DNA of 63,988 nt, counting the filler, from Limisphaerales bacterium (GTDB taxonomy: Bacteria; Verrucomicrobiota; Verrucomicrobiia; Limisphaerales; SIBE01), in the NCBI GenBank assembly GCA_044225505.1. It is 3 parts of 3 records of this genome, joined end to end, with 100 filler letters (N's around TTAATTAATTAA, not from the genome) between each part and the next. Parts side by side here need not be neighbours in the genome. Positions count along the whole stretch, not along the records: positions 44,818 to 63,988 come from JBGAIN010000157.1; 2 more parts are not named here. The stretch is one strand, 5' to 3'. Position numbers and translations under genes: made by a program. Under the pieces are notes generated by a model. The model made no database searches, was not told where the DNA came from, and worked only from the letters and a program-made list of their open reading frames with translations. Below are positions 49,489 through 58,411 of this stretch, piece by piece; the stretch's first letter is position 1, and each line of letters opens with the position of its first letter.

Positions 49489-51383
49489 AACACAGCGATC
49501 ACAAACATAAAGGCTATGAACGAGATACTGGCGATGGCGCCCCATTGAGCGAGCCACCCTTCGTTAAGGAGACCGCACAAATAATAATTGCTAAGACCCA
49601 CATCCCTTGGTCGATTGGCGCCGCCCAGGAACCGCAAGCTGCTCTGGAGGTTAGCGCCTGAGAGGTAGGCGTCCGTGACACGGACACCGCGTCCGTAATT
49701 CAGAAAGCTCACGGGAAACAGTAGGACCATGAGCATCATTAGGGTCATCACCAGCACATTGCCCGACGCCATCGAAGCCGAGCGTCCATAAACGGACACC
49801 ACGTAGACCTCAATCAGATGGGAGGAGAGAACCGGGAAAAGGAGACAGGTCAACAACGTCGCGCCAGATAGTCCATACAGGATGGTCAATTCTCCGGTCG
49901 CCAGGCGCGGCAGGGGCGTCGAATCGAGCCCTAGCACTTCCAGCAGTTTTCCCATCCATTTCACCCAGAAAAAGAGGGTGGCGGCACTGCCAAAGACGAT
50001 GAACACGGAGAGCGGGGCATACGCGTCGATCACGGCCTTGAGCACGGCCCATTTGCTGATGAGCATGCCAAAAGGGGCTAGGAACATCCCGGCCATGCCG
50101 ATTAACATCATGACTGCGACTTGGGGCATGCGCTTGATCAGGCCAGCCATGGATTCAATATCGCGGCTGTGCAACCGGTGTTCCACAACGCCAACGCAAA
50201 GGAATAAGAGGCACTTCGACACGGCGTGGAACACGATCATCAGCACGCCCGCCCAGACCGCTGCGTCCGTGCCAATGCCGCCGCACAGGACAATGAGTCC
50301 GAGGTTAGCGACTGTTGATTGTGCCAGCACCCGCTTGGCGTCGCTGGTAGTGATAGCCGCGAGAGACCCGACGAGAAAGGTCGTCGCGCCGACGAGCGCC
50401 ACCATGAGCCCCACCTTGGTTCCTGAAATGACGGGGGCCATCCGCAGAACGAGGTAAACCCCCGCCTTGACCATCGTGCTCGAGTGCAACAGAGCAGAAA
50501 CTGGAGTCGGAGCCACCATTGCCCCAAGCAGCCATGGGCAGAAGGGAAGTTGCGCGGATTTGGCAATCCCCGCGAAGCAAAGCAAAGTGGCGGGGAACAT
50601 GACTAAAGAAGCTTGCGAGTGAAGAAGGCCCTGCAATTCGCATGTTCCTAGATTCTGTTGGCACCACTGAATCGCGATGCTAAACGCCAAGCCTCCAGTT
50701 AAGTTCATCCACAGGGCACGGTGTGCATTATCGCGAGCTTGAGCGGTTCCGGTGTAGCCGATGAGCAGAAATGAACAGAGGGTCGTGATTTCCCAGAAGA
50801 AGAAGATCCAGCGCAGATCGTTGGCGAATACGAGTCCGAACATCGCACCCAGAAACGCAACCAGCAGCCCGAAGAAAAGAGGCTGGCGATCGGGAGTTTC
50901 TCGGTGAGCGTGTGCGTGATAGTCTCGCATATAACTCAAGGCGTAAACGCAAATGCCGCCTCCAACCCAGCCGTTGATGATGGCCATCAAAACAGAGAGC
51001 TTGTCGATGAAGAGTGGGGTGTTGGCGTGCGCAACGGAGCCGCTGCTAAATTCCGACCAAAGGCCGATGGCCAGCTGCGCAATGATCAGTGTGAATACAC
51101 CTGGTTTGCGGTCTCTGAGGCCAACCCAACCCAGGTAAGCGGCGATACCCATCTCAAGGACAAACATGACGGCATCCACGGTTGAACGGGGAAAAACGGT
51201 GGGAAATTCCATGATCGGGCCGGGGGCTTTCAGGAGCCCTAACGTTCCGAAAGCGACGGTCAGAGTTACCGCAACGACCGCGAATCTGCGGATTACGTCG
51301 GACCGGATGAAACAAAGTGTAGTTCCCAGCGCGATTGGCGCCAGGATTAAGACCCAAACGAGTGTCATGCTGAATGTCGGCAC
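49485..51383 (-). CDS. echA: Ech hydrogenase antiporter-like membrane subunit A (NuoL/MrpA-like)
   Basis: FFWEITTLCSFLLIG, KSAQLPF..WL.GAMVAPTPVSALLHSSTMVKAG, many TM segments. Confidence 0.92.
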   Translation of the reverse strand: MPTFSMTLVWVLILAPIALGTTLCFIRSDVIRRFAVVAVTLTVAFGTLGLLKAPGPIMEFPTVFPRSTVDAVMFVLEMGIAAYLGWVGLRDRKPGVFTLIIAQLAIGLWSEFSSGSVAHANTPLFIDKLSVLMAIINGWVGGGICVYALSYMRDYHAHAHRETPDRQPLFFGLLVAFLGAMFGLVFANDLRWIFFFWEITTLCSFLLIGYTGTAQARDNAHRALWMNLTGGLAFSIAIQWCQQNLGTCELQGLLHSQASLVMFPATLLCFAGIAKSAQLPFCPWLLGAMVAPTPVSALLHSSTMVKAGVYLVLRMAPVISGTKVGLMVALVGATTFLVGSLAAITTSDAKRVLAQSTVANLGLIVLCGGIGTDAAVWAGVLMIVFHAVSKCLLFLCVGVVEHRLHSRDIESMAGLIKRMPQVAVMMLIGMAGMFLAPFGMLISKWAVLKAVIDAYAPLSVFIVFGSAATLFFWVKWMGKLLEVLGLDSTPLPRLATGELTILYGLSGATLLTCLLFPVLSSHLIEVYVVSVYGRSASMASGNVLVMTLMMLMVLLFPVSFLNYGRGVRVTDAYLSGANLQSSLRFLGGANRPRDVGLSNYYLCGLLNEGWLAQWGAIASISFIAFMFVIAVL

Positions 51384-51545
51384 GCCGCTGTCTTCATCGC
51401 GTCACAAGCGTCGCCGACACGCACGCCGGAATCAGTCAGCGACAGAAAGGGTGAAAGCGAGGCTATGCCGACAAGCGCCGGTCTACTACACTCATCTTGG
51501 CAAAGCTAGAACGTCCTTTGGCAATTCCATCCCGCGGAGACTGTA

Positions 51546-51782
51546 TCAACAAGGTTGATGACCCCAGTCACTCTCCCGGAGCTCATCTTCAAAAAGTGCC
51601 ATCTGTTCTTCGGGAGTCAGTGGTTTTGGAGTTGGCGCTGCCTCACCAGAGTCCGGAACGTGCGATCGGTCGCCAGCCGTTGGCGGAGTGGGTTGTTCCT
51701 CGGCCGGTGTCGAGGACGGGCGCGGTTTTGGGATAAGTGACATAGGCGGTAAGGGCTGAGGAACAGCGTCAGTTGGGTCCAT
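51546..51782 (-). CDS. small Pro-rich protein ending EEQMALFEDELRESDWGHQPC
   Basis: 78 aa from ATG 51782: disordered N-terminus and an ordered-looking C-terminal motif that I recall from Verrucomicrobia small proteins. Confidence 0.65.
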   Translation of the reverse strand: MDPTDAVPQPLPPMSLIPKPRPSSTPAEEQPTPPTAGDRSHVPDSGEAAPTPKPLTPEEQMALFEDELRESDWGHQPC

Positions 51783-52071
51783 GTCTAGCAGGCTGCGTTT
51801 TGCACCTATCCGACCTGTTGGAGGAACTGTTCTCTCCTGGTTGGCCTTTCTTGCTACGATTAGGCAAAACACGTCGCTTAAATTGGTCATGGTGCAACTC
51901 CAGTGTCTGGCGACGCATTTAAAATGGCGCAGCCTGCGCGCAAAGTCACGAGCAAAGCCGGGGCTCCGGCTGTATGGAAGCGACCTCTCCATGACCAGCC
52001 GGGGCGAGCGGGCTTCGGGCCGTACTCTGATAAGCCCGCCTTCAAAAGCCTCGCTTCGTTGGACGCGAATC

Positions 52072-52848
52072 TCAGCGCGACAGATAGGGACGGAGCGCAG
52101 CGGTCCAAAGCTCGTAACCCTGCCGATTCATGTGCAACTGGTCTTTCAAGAAAAGTTCAGGGCGTGGCTCACCGTTGGGTCCGAGCATCGGGGTGAACAC
52201 ATCCACAAATTGAAGTCGGCGGTCACCTTCAGTTAAGTGCGCGATACGGCGGTTCACTTCGCGAACGCTGTCACGCAGGCGCCACCGAGAAGGACTGGGT
52301 TTCACCGAAATATAGGTGATGATGGTCTCAGGGAGGATAGCGCGGATCTTTTGGACAAAAGCCTGATAATCTTGAGCTACTTCTTCAGGTTTCTTGCCGG
52401 CCGCCAGATCGTTGTCTCCGGCATAAACCACCACCTGTCTCGGTTGGTAGGGAAGCACAATCCGATCGGCAAACTGGATGCTATCGATCATTTGTGATCC
52501 GCCAAATCCGCGGTTCACGACGGGCAACTCTCGGAAGTCCTCCGGCAATGTCTTCCACATCCGAATGCTCGAGCTGCCGACGAATACGATGCTCCCTTTC
52601 GGGGGAGGATTGGTTTTGTCTTGCGCTTCAAAGTCGCGGATGGCGCTTTCCCATTGGGATGACTTGGAAGAAGGCGCCAGTGCGCCACAAGCGCGATCAA
52701 CGAGCACGCCGCCTTCGATAACGGACCAGACGATCAGAACCGAACAGAGGATCCGCCAGAACGGGCGAGTCCAAGCGATGCCATGACCTATTGCGCGAAG
52801 AACTTGGGCACGTCGGCTCGAGGGTAAGGAGAGAGTCCTATTATCCAT
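52072..52848 (-). CDS. SGNH/GDSL hydrolase family protein
   Basis: FVGSSSIRMW, NRGFGGS, YAGDND, DQLH. Start moved to ATG 52848. Confidence 0.92.
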   Translation of the reverse strand: MDNRTLSLPSSRRAQVLRAIGHGIAWTRPFWRILCSVLIVWSVIEGGVLVDRACGALAPSSKSSQWESAIRDFEAQDKTNPPPKGSIVFVGSSSIRMWKTLPEDFRELPVVNRGFGGSQMIDSIQFADRIVLPYQPRQVVVYAGDNDLAAGKKPEEVAQDYQAFVQKIRAILPETIITYISVKPSPSRWRLRDSVREVNRRIAHLTEGDRRLQFVDVFTPMLGPNGEPRPELFLKDQLHMNRQGYELWTAALRPYLSR

Positions 52849-52936
52849 TCCTGAAGTATGGCGATTCGGTCGGGGATTGAAAAGCTCGCAACGCTTTTGC
52901 TTTGCGACCCCATCAGAATACCCTATTTTGAACGCC

Positions 52937-53623
52937 ATGTTCAAACCGGCCGATTTGTTTGACCTTAGCCAGACGGAGCATGCGGGCCTCTTCGAGGGCT
53001 GCGAGTATGCTTGGGATGCGCTCAAAAACATTAAGGCGTATTTGGCCGCAATTACCTTTTCTGGGCTGCATAACAAGTGTGATGGAGTTGCTTATATTGG
53101 CGAACGAGTCTCCATTGGGGAAGGGACGGTGGTCGAGGACGGCGCGATGATTAAAGGCCCAGCGATCATCGGGAAAAATTGCCAGATCCGTCACAACGCG
53201 TACATCCGCGATAATGTTATCATTGGAGACGATTGTGTCGTCGGCAATTCTTCCGAGCTCAAGCAGGCGCTGCTCTTTAACCGATCGCAAGTGCCCCACT
53301 TCAACTATGTGGGGGATTCAATTCTTGGGTATAAAGCCCATCTCGGCGCAGGGGTTGTTCTGTCGAACTACAAGCTCGTTCCGGGCAATATTCAGGTCGA
53401 AATCGACGGGAAGCCCTTCGACACTGGACTACGCAAGTTTGGCGCGCTGTTGGGAGACAAAGCGGAAGTGGGCTGCAACGCCGTTCTCTATCCAGGCACA
53501 GTCGTCGGTCGAGGGTCTGTGGTCTACCCGAACGTCTCTTGGCGGGGAATCCTCCCAGCGAATTCGATCGTGAAGAACAAAGCGGAGTTCGAGGTGGTGA
53601 CGCGTCGCCCCAGTTCAGGCTAA
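52937..53623 (+). CDS. GlmU-like left-handed beta-helix acyltransferase (stand-alone domain)
   Basis: Hexapeptide repeats, PHFNYVGDSILG, LRKFGA, VGCNAVL. Confidence 0.85.
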   Translation: MFKPADLFDLSQTEHAGLFEGCEYAWDALKNIKAYLAAITFSGLHNKCDGVAYIGERVSIGEGTVVEDGAMIKGPAIIGKNCQIRHNAYIRDNVIIGDDCVVGNSSELKQALLFNRSQVPHFNYVGDSILGYKAHLGAGVVLSNYKLVPGNIQVEIDGKPFDTGLRKFGALLGDKAEVGCNAVLYPGTVVGRGSVVYPNVSWRGILPANSIVKNKAEFEVVTRRPSSG

Positions 53624-53630
53624 AGGTGGC

Positions 53631-55727
53631 ATGACCAGTTTGGTGGAGCATCAGCCCGCTGGTCCGAGCGGTCCCCAAGACTTGGTAAGCCAGGTCGAGG
53701 CGATTTTTTCACCTGCTGGAATCTTGTCCAAGGCTCGCAATTTCGAGTATCGCCCTCAGCAACAGCAAATGGCCGTGGCCGTGGCGAAGGCACTACAGCG
53801 GCAAGATCACCTTGTCGTGGAGGCTGGCACGGGGGTAGGGAAAAGTCTGGCGTATCTCATTCCGTCGATCCTCTTCGCGGTCAGCAAGAAGAAGAAGGCG
53901 GTGATCTCAACCCACACGATTAATCTCCAGGAACAGCTCATTGGGAAGGATCTTCCCATGTTGGAACAGGTGTTGCCCGTTCCTTTCGCGTTCACAATGT
54001 TGAAAGGCCGCAATAATTATCTTTGCACGCGTCGGTTGCATAAAGCGATGCAGCAAGCAGACGGGCTCTTTACCACTCCTGAGATCGCAGAATTGAAACG
54101 TATTTACCTGTGGTCCAAGGAGACACGCGATGGGAGCTTATCCGATTTCGAGATCGAGCCAGATGCTAAAGTTTGGCAACAAGTCTGTTCGGAACGTGGG
54201 CTTTGTTCGCCAACGTTGTGCGGGCACGGATCGGAGTTCGCCTCCCGGAACGAGGTCTGTTTTTTTCAGCGCGCTCGGAGCCGGATTTTGTCGGCGGATG
54301 TGCTGGTGCTCAATCACACCCTCTTTTTCATGCACCTGGGCGGCTTGGAGGAAGAGGTGAAAGGTGGGGTGCTATTCAAGAACGACTTTGTGGTGTTTGA
54401 CGAAGCACACACGATTGAGAACGTGGCTTCGAAACACGTGGGATTGAGCCTTTCCAGTGCCCAAGTCCGTTTTGCGCTGCATCGCTTGTGGAATCCCCGC
54501 ACGGAAAAGGGCTTGCTTTTTTCGCTGCGGCAAGGCGCGGCAATCCAACGTGTTCAGGATGTCCTGGACGAAAGTGACCTGTTTTTTACGGCTGTGGAAG
54601 AGGCGTGCGAACAAATTATCCAGGGCCGAACCATGCCGGCTTCGGAGGGGGGGAAAGGGCGCGCTTGGACCGAACTGCGGGTCCGCAAGGCCGATTTGGT
54701 CGAGGACACCGTGAGTCTTCCCGTCCAACGTTTGCGCGAGAGCGTGAGCGATCTGATCAAGGTTGTCGAAGACAAGGACACGGCCCAAGAGTTGATGGAA
54801 TGTAACCGGCGTCTGGAAGAACTCCGCGACGCCGTTGCGACGTTCGTGAGCCAGCGCCGAGAGAGTTACGTCTACTGGGTTGGGCGGAGTGGGAGAGTGC
54901 AGCGGAACGTCACCTTAAGTGCGGCGCCGGTCGACATTGCCGACTATCTCCGTGCGCGACTGTTTGGCGCGGATACCTCGATTATCTTGACCAGCGCCAC
55001 GCTGTCAACGTCGGCCCAAGGGCCTGTTGCACGTAAAGAAAGTGGAGATGCCAATGGCCTCAATTACTGCGCCCGGAGGATTGGGGCGGACGCCGCTTTG
55101 AAGCTGCAGGTCGGATCACCTTTTGACTACGAACAGCAAATGAGGCTCTTTGTTGTCTCAAAAATGCCGGATCCGCGCGAGGTAGGTTATGAGGAGGCGT
55201 TGATTCGCTGGATCGAGCATTTCATCCGCATGACCCATGGGAAAGCATTCGTCCTGTTCACCAACTTCCGCCTCATGCAAACGGTCGGCGAAAAGATGGA
55301 GCCCTTCTTCGCTGAACTTGGCTTGGAGTGCTTCATCCAGGGCACAGGTATTCCTCGTACGTTAATGTTGGAGAAATTCAAAGCGGATGTGAATTCGGTG
55401 CTCTTTGGAACGGACAGTTTTTGGCAAGGAGTCGATGTTCCCGGGGAGTCCCTCTCCAATGTGATTATTACCAGGCTGCCCTTTGCTGTGCCGGACCATC
55501 CTTTGATCGAGGCACGGATCGAGGAAATTGAGGCTTCGGGCGGCAATTCATTTGCCGACTATTCTTTGCCGGAGGCGATTCTCAAGTTCCGGCAGGGAGC
55601 CGGTCGGTTGATTCGAACGACAACCGATCGTGGCATCGTGGTTGTCTTGGATAATCGGATCTTAACCAAGCGTTATGGCCAGGCGTTCCTGGGTGCGCTC
55701 CCCAAGTGTCCGCTTGAGATTATTTGA
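53631..55727 (+). CDS. DinG/YoaA family ATP-dependent helicase
   Basis: Q motif RPQQ, EAGTGVGKS, Fe-S Cys cluster, DEAH, TSATL, QGAGRLIR. Confidence 0.95.
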   Translation: MTSLVEHQPAGPSGPQDLVSQVEAIFSPAGILSKARNFEYRPQQQQMAVAVAKALQRQDHLVVEAGTGVGKSLAYLIPSILFAVSKKKKAVISTHTINLQEQLIGKDLPMLEQVLPVPFAFTMLKGRNNYLCTRRLHKAMQQADGLFTTPEIAELKRIYLWSKETRDGSLSDFEIEPDAKVWQQVCSERGLCSPTLCGHGSEFASRNEVCFFQRARSRILSADVLVLNHTLFFMHLGGLEEEVKGGVLFKNDFVVFDEAHTIENVASKHVGLSLSSAQVRFALHRLWNPRTEKGLLFSLRQGAAIQRVQDVLDESDLFFTAVEEACEQIIQGRTMPASEGGKGRAWTELRVRKADLVEDTVSLPVQRLRESVSDLIKVVEDKDTAQELMECNRRLEELRDAVATFVSQRRESYVYWVGRSGRVQRNVTLSAAPVDIADYLRARLFGADTSIILTSATLSTSAQGPVARKESGDANGLNYCARRIGADAALKLQVGSPFDYEQQMRLFVVSKMPDPREVGYEEALIRWIEHFIRMTHGKAFVLFTNFRLMQTVGEKMEPFFAELGLECFIQGTGIPRTLMLEKFKADVNSVLFGTDSFWQGVDVPGESLSNVIITRLPFAVPDHPLIEARIEEIEASGGNSFADYSLPEAILKFRQGAGRLIRTTTDRGIVVVLDNRILTKRYGQAFLGALPKCPLEII

Positions 55728-55813
55728 CGCTTTCTTGGGTCAGGGCGACACGGATGCTAAATTTCAAGCATAACCCGCTTGTCTAAATGCGGCCTTTCAC
55801 TCACACTCCCTCC

Positions 55814-56218
55814 ATGCCTGAGATCGCCAAGTTTGTGCATAACGGGGCGGCGCGGATCACGCCCAAGATTCTGCGCGGCGTCCATAAGAAGCTGCCGCTG
55901 TTGAAGGTGGAGTTCGCCCAAATTAACGCGCCGCGCTTTCCTCATTTGGTTGACCAGCTCGAGTTCCTCGCCGACGTCGTTGAGGATTTCGCGGATGGCG
56001 CCGCTGACGATTTGCCGTTTGTTACGATTGCGAGTGCCACATTTGCTTTGATATATGCCCATCGGCAGATGGATTTGATTCCCGACACCATCCCGGAGTT
56101 TGGGCATGCTGATGATTCCGGCGTGGTGCGCGCGGTCCTAATAGAACATGAGCGGTTTCTTTCGGCTTACGCTGCCAAACAAGGGGTGAACTGGGCTAAA
56201 ATCACCGTCAAACCATAA
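55814..56218 (+). CDS. DUF1232/YkvA-like small protein
   Basis: ALIY...DLIPDTIP.FG..DD motif. Confidence 0.8.
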   Translation: MPEIAKFVHNGAARITPKILRGVHKKLPLLKVEFAQINAPRFPHLVDQLEFLADVVEDFADGAADDLPFVTIASATFALIYAHRQMDLIPDTIPEFGHADDSGVVRAVLIEHERFLSAYAAKQGVNWAKITVKP

Positions 56219-56596
56219 CCGAACGGTTGGTTGAGGTGTGATCAAAACTGCGTGAGATTAAGGGCCGCCGTTGCGCCCTGAGACCAGCTGCATAGTCTCT
56301 CCATTTGCAGGAGCTCTTCGAATCGCGAGACGTGTTTTGGCAGATGGGTGGCTGAGTCGATCAGGCTTCGTCGGACTCGCCCGAGCCGAGCCCCATGGAA
56401 ATACCGGGTCTCAACTTACGCACTCTTAAAGATGACCGGCCAGGTGCCGACTCATCGGATTGGTTTGCCGTGGCAGGCCTAAAATCTCAGGCAATCCAGG
56501 CCTGATTCCTAACGGAGTCTGAGACCCCTTCTGGGACATGGCGGACGCGAGGATGACCTTGCCTCTCGCGACCTGCTCGAGCTAACGTCCGGTTCG

Positions 56597-58330
56597 GTGC
56601 ATCCAGACTCCAACGAGTTAGAGGCGCGATATGAACGGCTGAAACTGCTTTATCAGGTCAGCAACGTCATTCATTCCACCCTCGACGCCAGACATGCGCT
56701 TGAACTGATTCTCCGCGAGGCCGTCCGAATCATGCGCGCTTCGAGCGGTTCCGTCATTCTGTTGAACCCGACCTCCGGCTTCCTGGATATCGAGGCTGCC
56801 TACGGACTCCCGGACGATGCGGTTGGGTTGAAGCTTCGGTTGGGGGAAGGAGTCACGGGTTGGGTCGCCCGCGAAGGCAAACCAGCTCGGGTGGGAAGGG
56901 TTGCGACTGATCCCCGCTACATCATGGTCCGGCCCAACGTTGGATCCGAATTGGCGGTGCCGCTGGAAGTGAACGGCGAGATCCGAGGTGTCCTAAACGT
57001 CGACTCGGATCGGGAGAACGCGTTTAGCGCGGACGACCAGCGGTTGCTTGAAGATTTAGCGATTCAGGCCGCTAAAGTCATTCAAAACACCTGGTTGTAC
57101 GAACAGGTCCGATTAAAAGCGCGTCTTTTCGAGTCGCTTGTCAGTGTCGGCCAGACCATCAACTCCACCGTCACGCTAGATGACGCACTTCAGGTCATTA
57201 CCCGAGAAGCGTGTGTTTTGATGGACGCTAAAATGGCATCGCTCCTCTTGCTGGATGAGACTCAGGAATGGCTCGATCTGCGCGCCAGCCACGGAGCTGG
57301 GCCGGACTACGTCAATAAACCTCGGCTAAACGTTGCCGAGAGCTTGCTCGGCGTCGTCGTGCGACGCAAAAAGCCACTGCAAGTCGAGAATGTGCAAGTT
57401 TCCACTCGTTACCAGAATGTTGAAGTGGCTCGTCGCGAGGGATTGGTCTCGCTTTTGAGCGTTCCGCTCGTCTTCCGGGAACAGGCTACGGGAACGCTCA
57501 ATGTGTATACCGACGAACTGCACAGCTTTTCCAATGAGGAGATCCGGATCCTTTCTGCGTTGGCGGATCTTTCCGCTGTCGCCATTGAGAAAGCGCGACT
57601 TTACGATCGTATTGTCGGTTTGGAGGAGGAATTGCGGCAAAGCGAAAAGCTCTCCGTGATCGGGCTGCTTGCCGCGGAAGTGGCCCATGAGATCCGAAAT
57701 CCGTTGACGGTCATGAAGATGCTTTACCACTCGCTTGACCTCAGCTTTCCGTCCACGGATCCTCGATCCAAAGATGTGGAGGTTATCGGGCAAAAGATGG
57801 ATCATCTTAATAAGATCGTGGAGCACGTGCTCGATTTGGCTCGTAGCAACGAACCCCAATTGGCGCCCGTCAATCTGAATCAACTCATTGATGACTTGGG
57901 ATTGCTCACCAGGCACAAGTTGAAACACCATGGGGTGACGCTGGTCCGGAAGCTCGACCCGACGCTGCCAGCCGTCATGGCCGATGCCACCCAACTGGAG
58001 CAAGTCTTCCTCAATCTGACACTCAACGCCTTGGAAGCGATGCCTCGCGGGGGGCGACTCACGGTGATTTCTCGCCCGAGTCACGGATCGTCATCGAAAC
58101 CGCGCGCGCGCGTCATGATCGCGTTCAAAGACACGGGCGATGGAATGTCTCCAGAGCAGCAGAAACGGGCTTTTACGTCACTTCTAAGCACGACGAAGCA
58201 GAAAGGGACCGGCCTGGGCCTGGCGATCGTCGCGAAGATTGTCGAAGCACACCAGGGCAAGATCCGAGTCCATTCGTCGCCGGGAGTGGGAACGACTGTA
58301 ACCGTGATCTTGCCGGTCAAAGGAAACTAG
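56597..58330 (+). CDS. cytoplasmic double-GAF sensor histidine kinase
   Basis: Two GAF domains (SELAVPL, SLLSVPL), AHEIRNPL H-box, GTGLGL; no TM segment. Confidence 0.93.
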   Translation: MHPDSNELEARYERLKLLYQVSNVIHSTLDARHALELILREAVRIMRASSGSVILLNPTSGFLDIEAAYGLPDDAVGLKLRLGEGVTGWVAREGKPARVGRVATDPRYIMVRPNVGSELAVPLEVNGEIRGVLNVDSDRENAFSADDQRLLEDLAIQAAKVIQNTWLYEQVRLKARLFESLVSVGQTINSTVTLDDALQVITREACVLMDAKMASLLLLDETQEWLDLRASHGAGPDYVNKPRLNVAESLLGVVVRRKKPLQVENVQVSTRYQNVEVARREGLVSLLSVPLVFREQATGTLNVYTDELHSFSNEEIRILSALADLSAVAIEKARLYDRIVGLEEELRQSEKLSVIGLLAAEVAHEIRNPLTVMKMLYHSLDLSFPSTDPRSKDVEVIGQKMDHLNKIVEHVLDLARSNEPQLAPVNLNQLIDDLGLLTRHKLKHHGVTLVRKLDPTLPAVMADATQLEQVFLNLTLNALEAMPRGGRLTVISRPSHGSSSKPRARVMIAFKDTGDGMSPEQQKRAFTSLLSTTKQKGTGLGLAIVAKIVEAHQGKIRVHSSPGVGTTVTVILPVKGN

Positions 58331-58411
58331 CCATTGTCAGGTGGCGATGAGGTGTGCCCATGAAATTTGTTTAATTCCGGCTTCTGGAGTAATGATTGCA
58401 TCATGGTGTTT

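Noticed and set aside
45819..51383. Respiratory complex I (nuo) or Ehr/hydrogenase-related complex as an alternative call
   Set aside because: The large subunit retains both Ni-binding CxxC motifs, and the six-gene order and sizes match Ech.
51455..51471. Possible sigma-54 promoter for echA (minus strand TCGGCATAGCCTCGCTT)
   Set aside because: GG-to-GC spacing is 9 nt rather than the required 10.
52008..52039. Inverted repeat GCGGGCTT...AAGCCCGC downstream of the GDSL gene
   Set aside because: Long loop and no U-tract in the direction of transcription; not supportable as a terminator.
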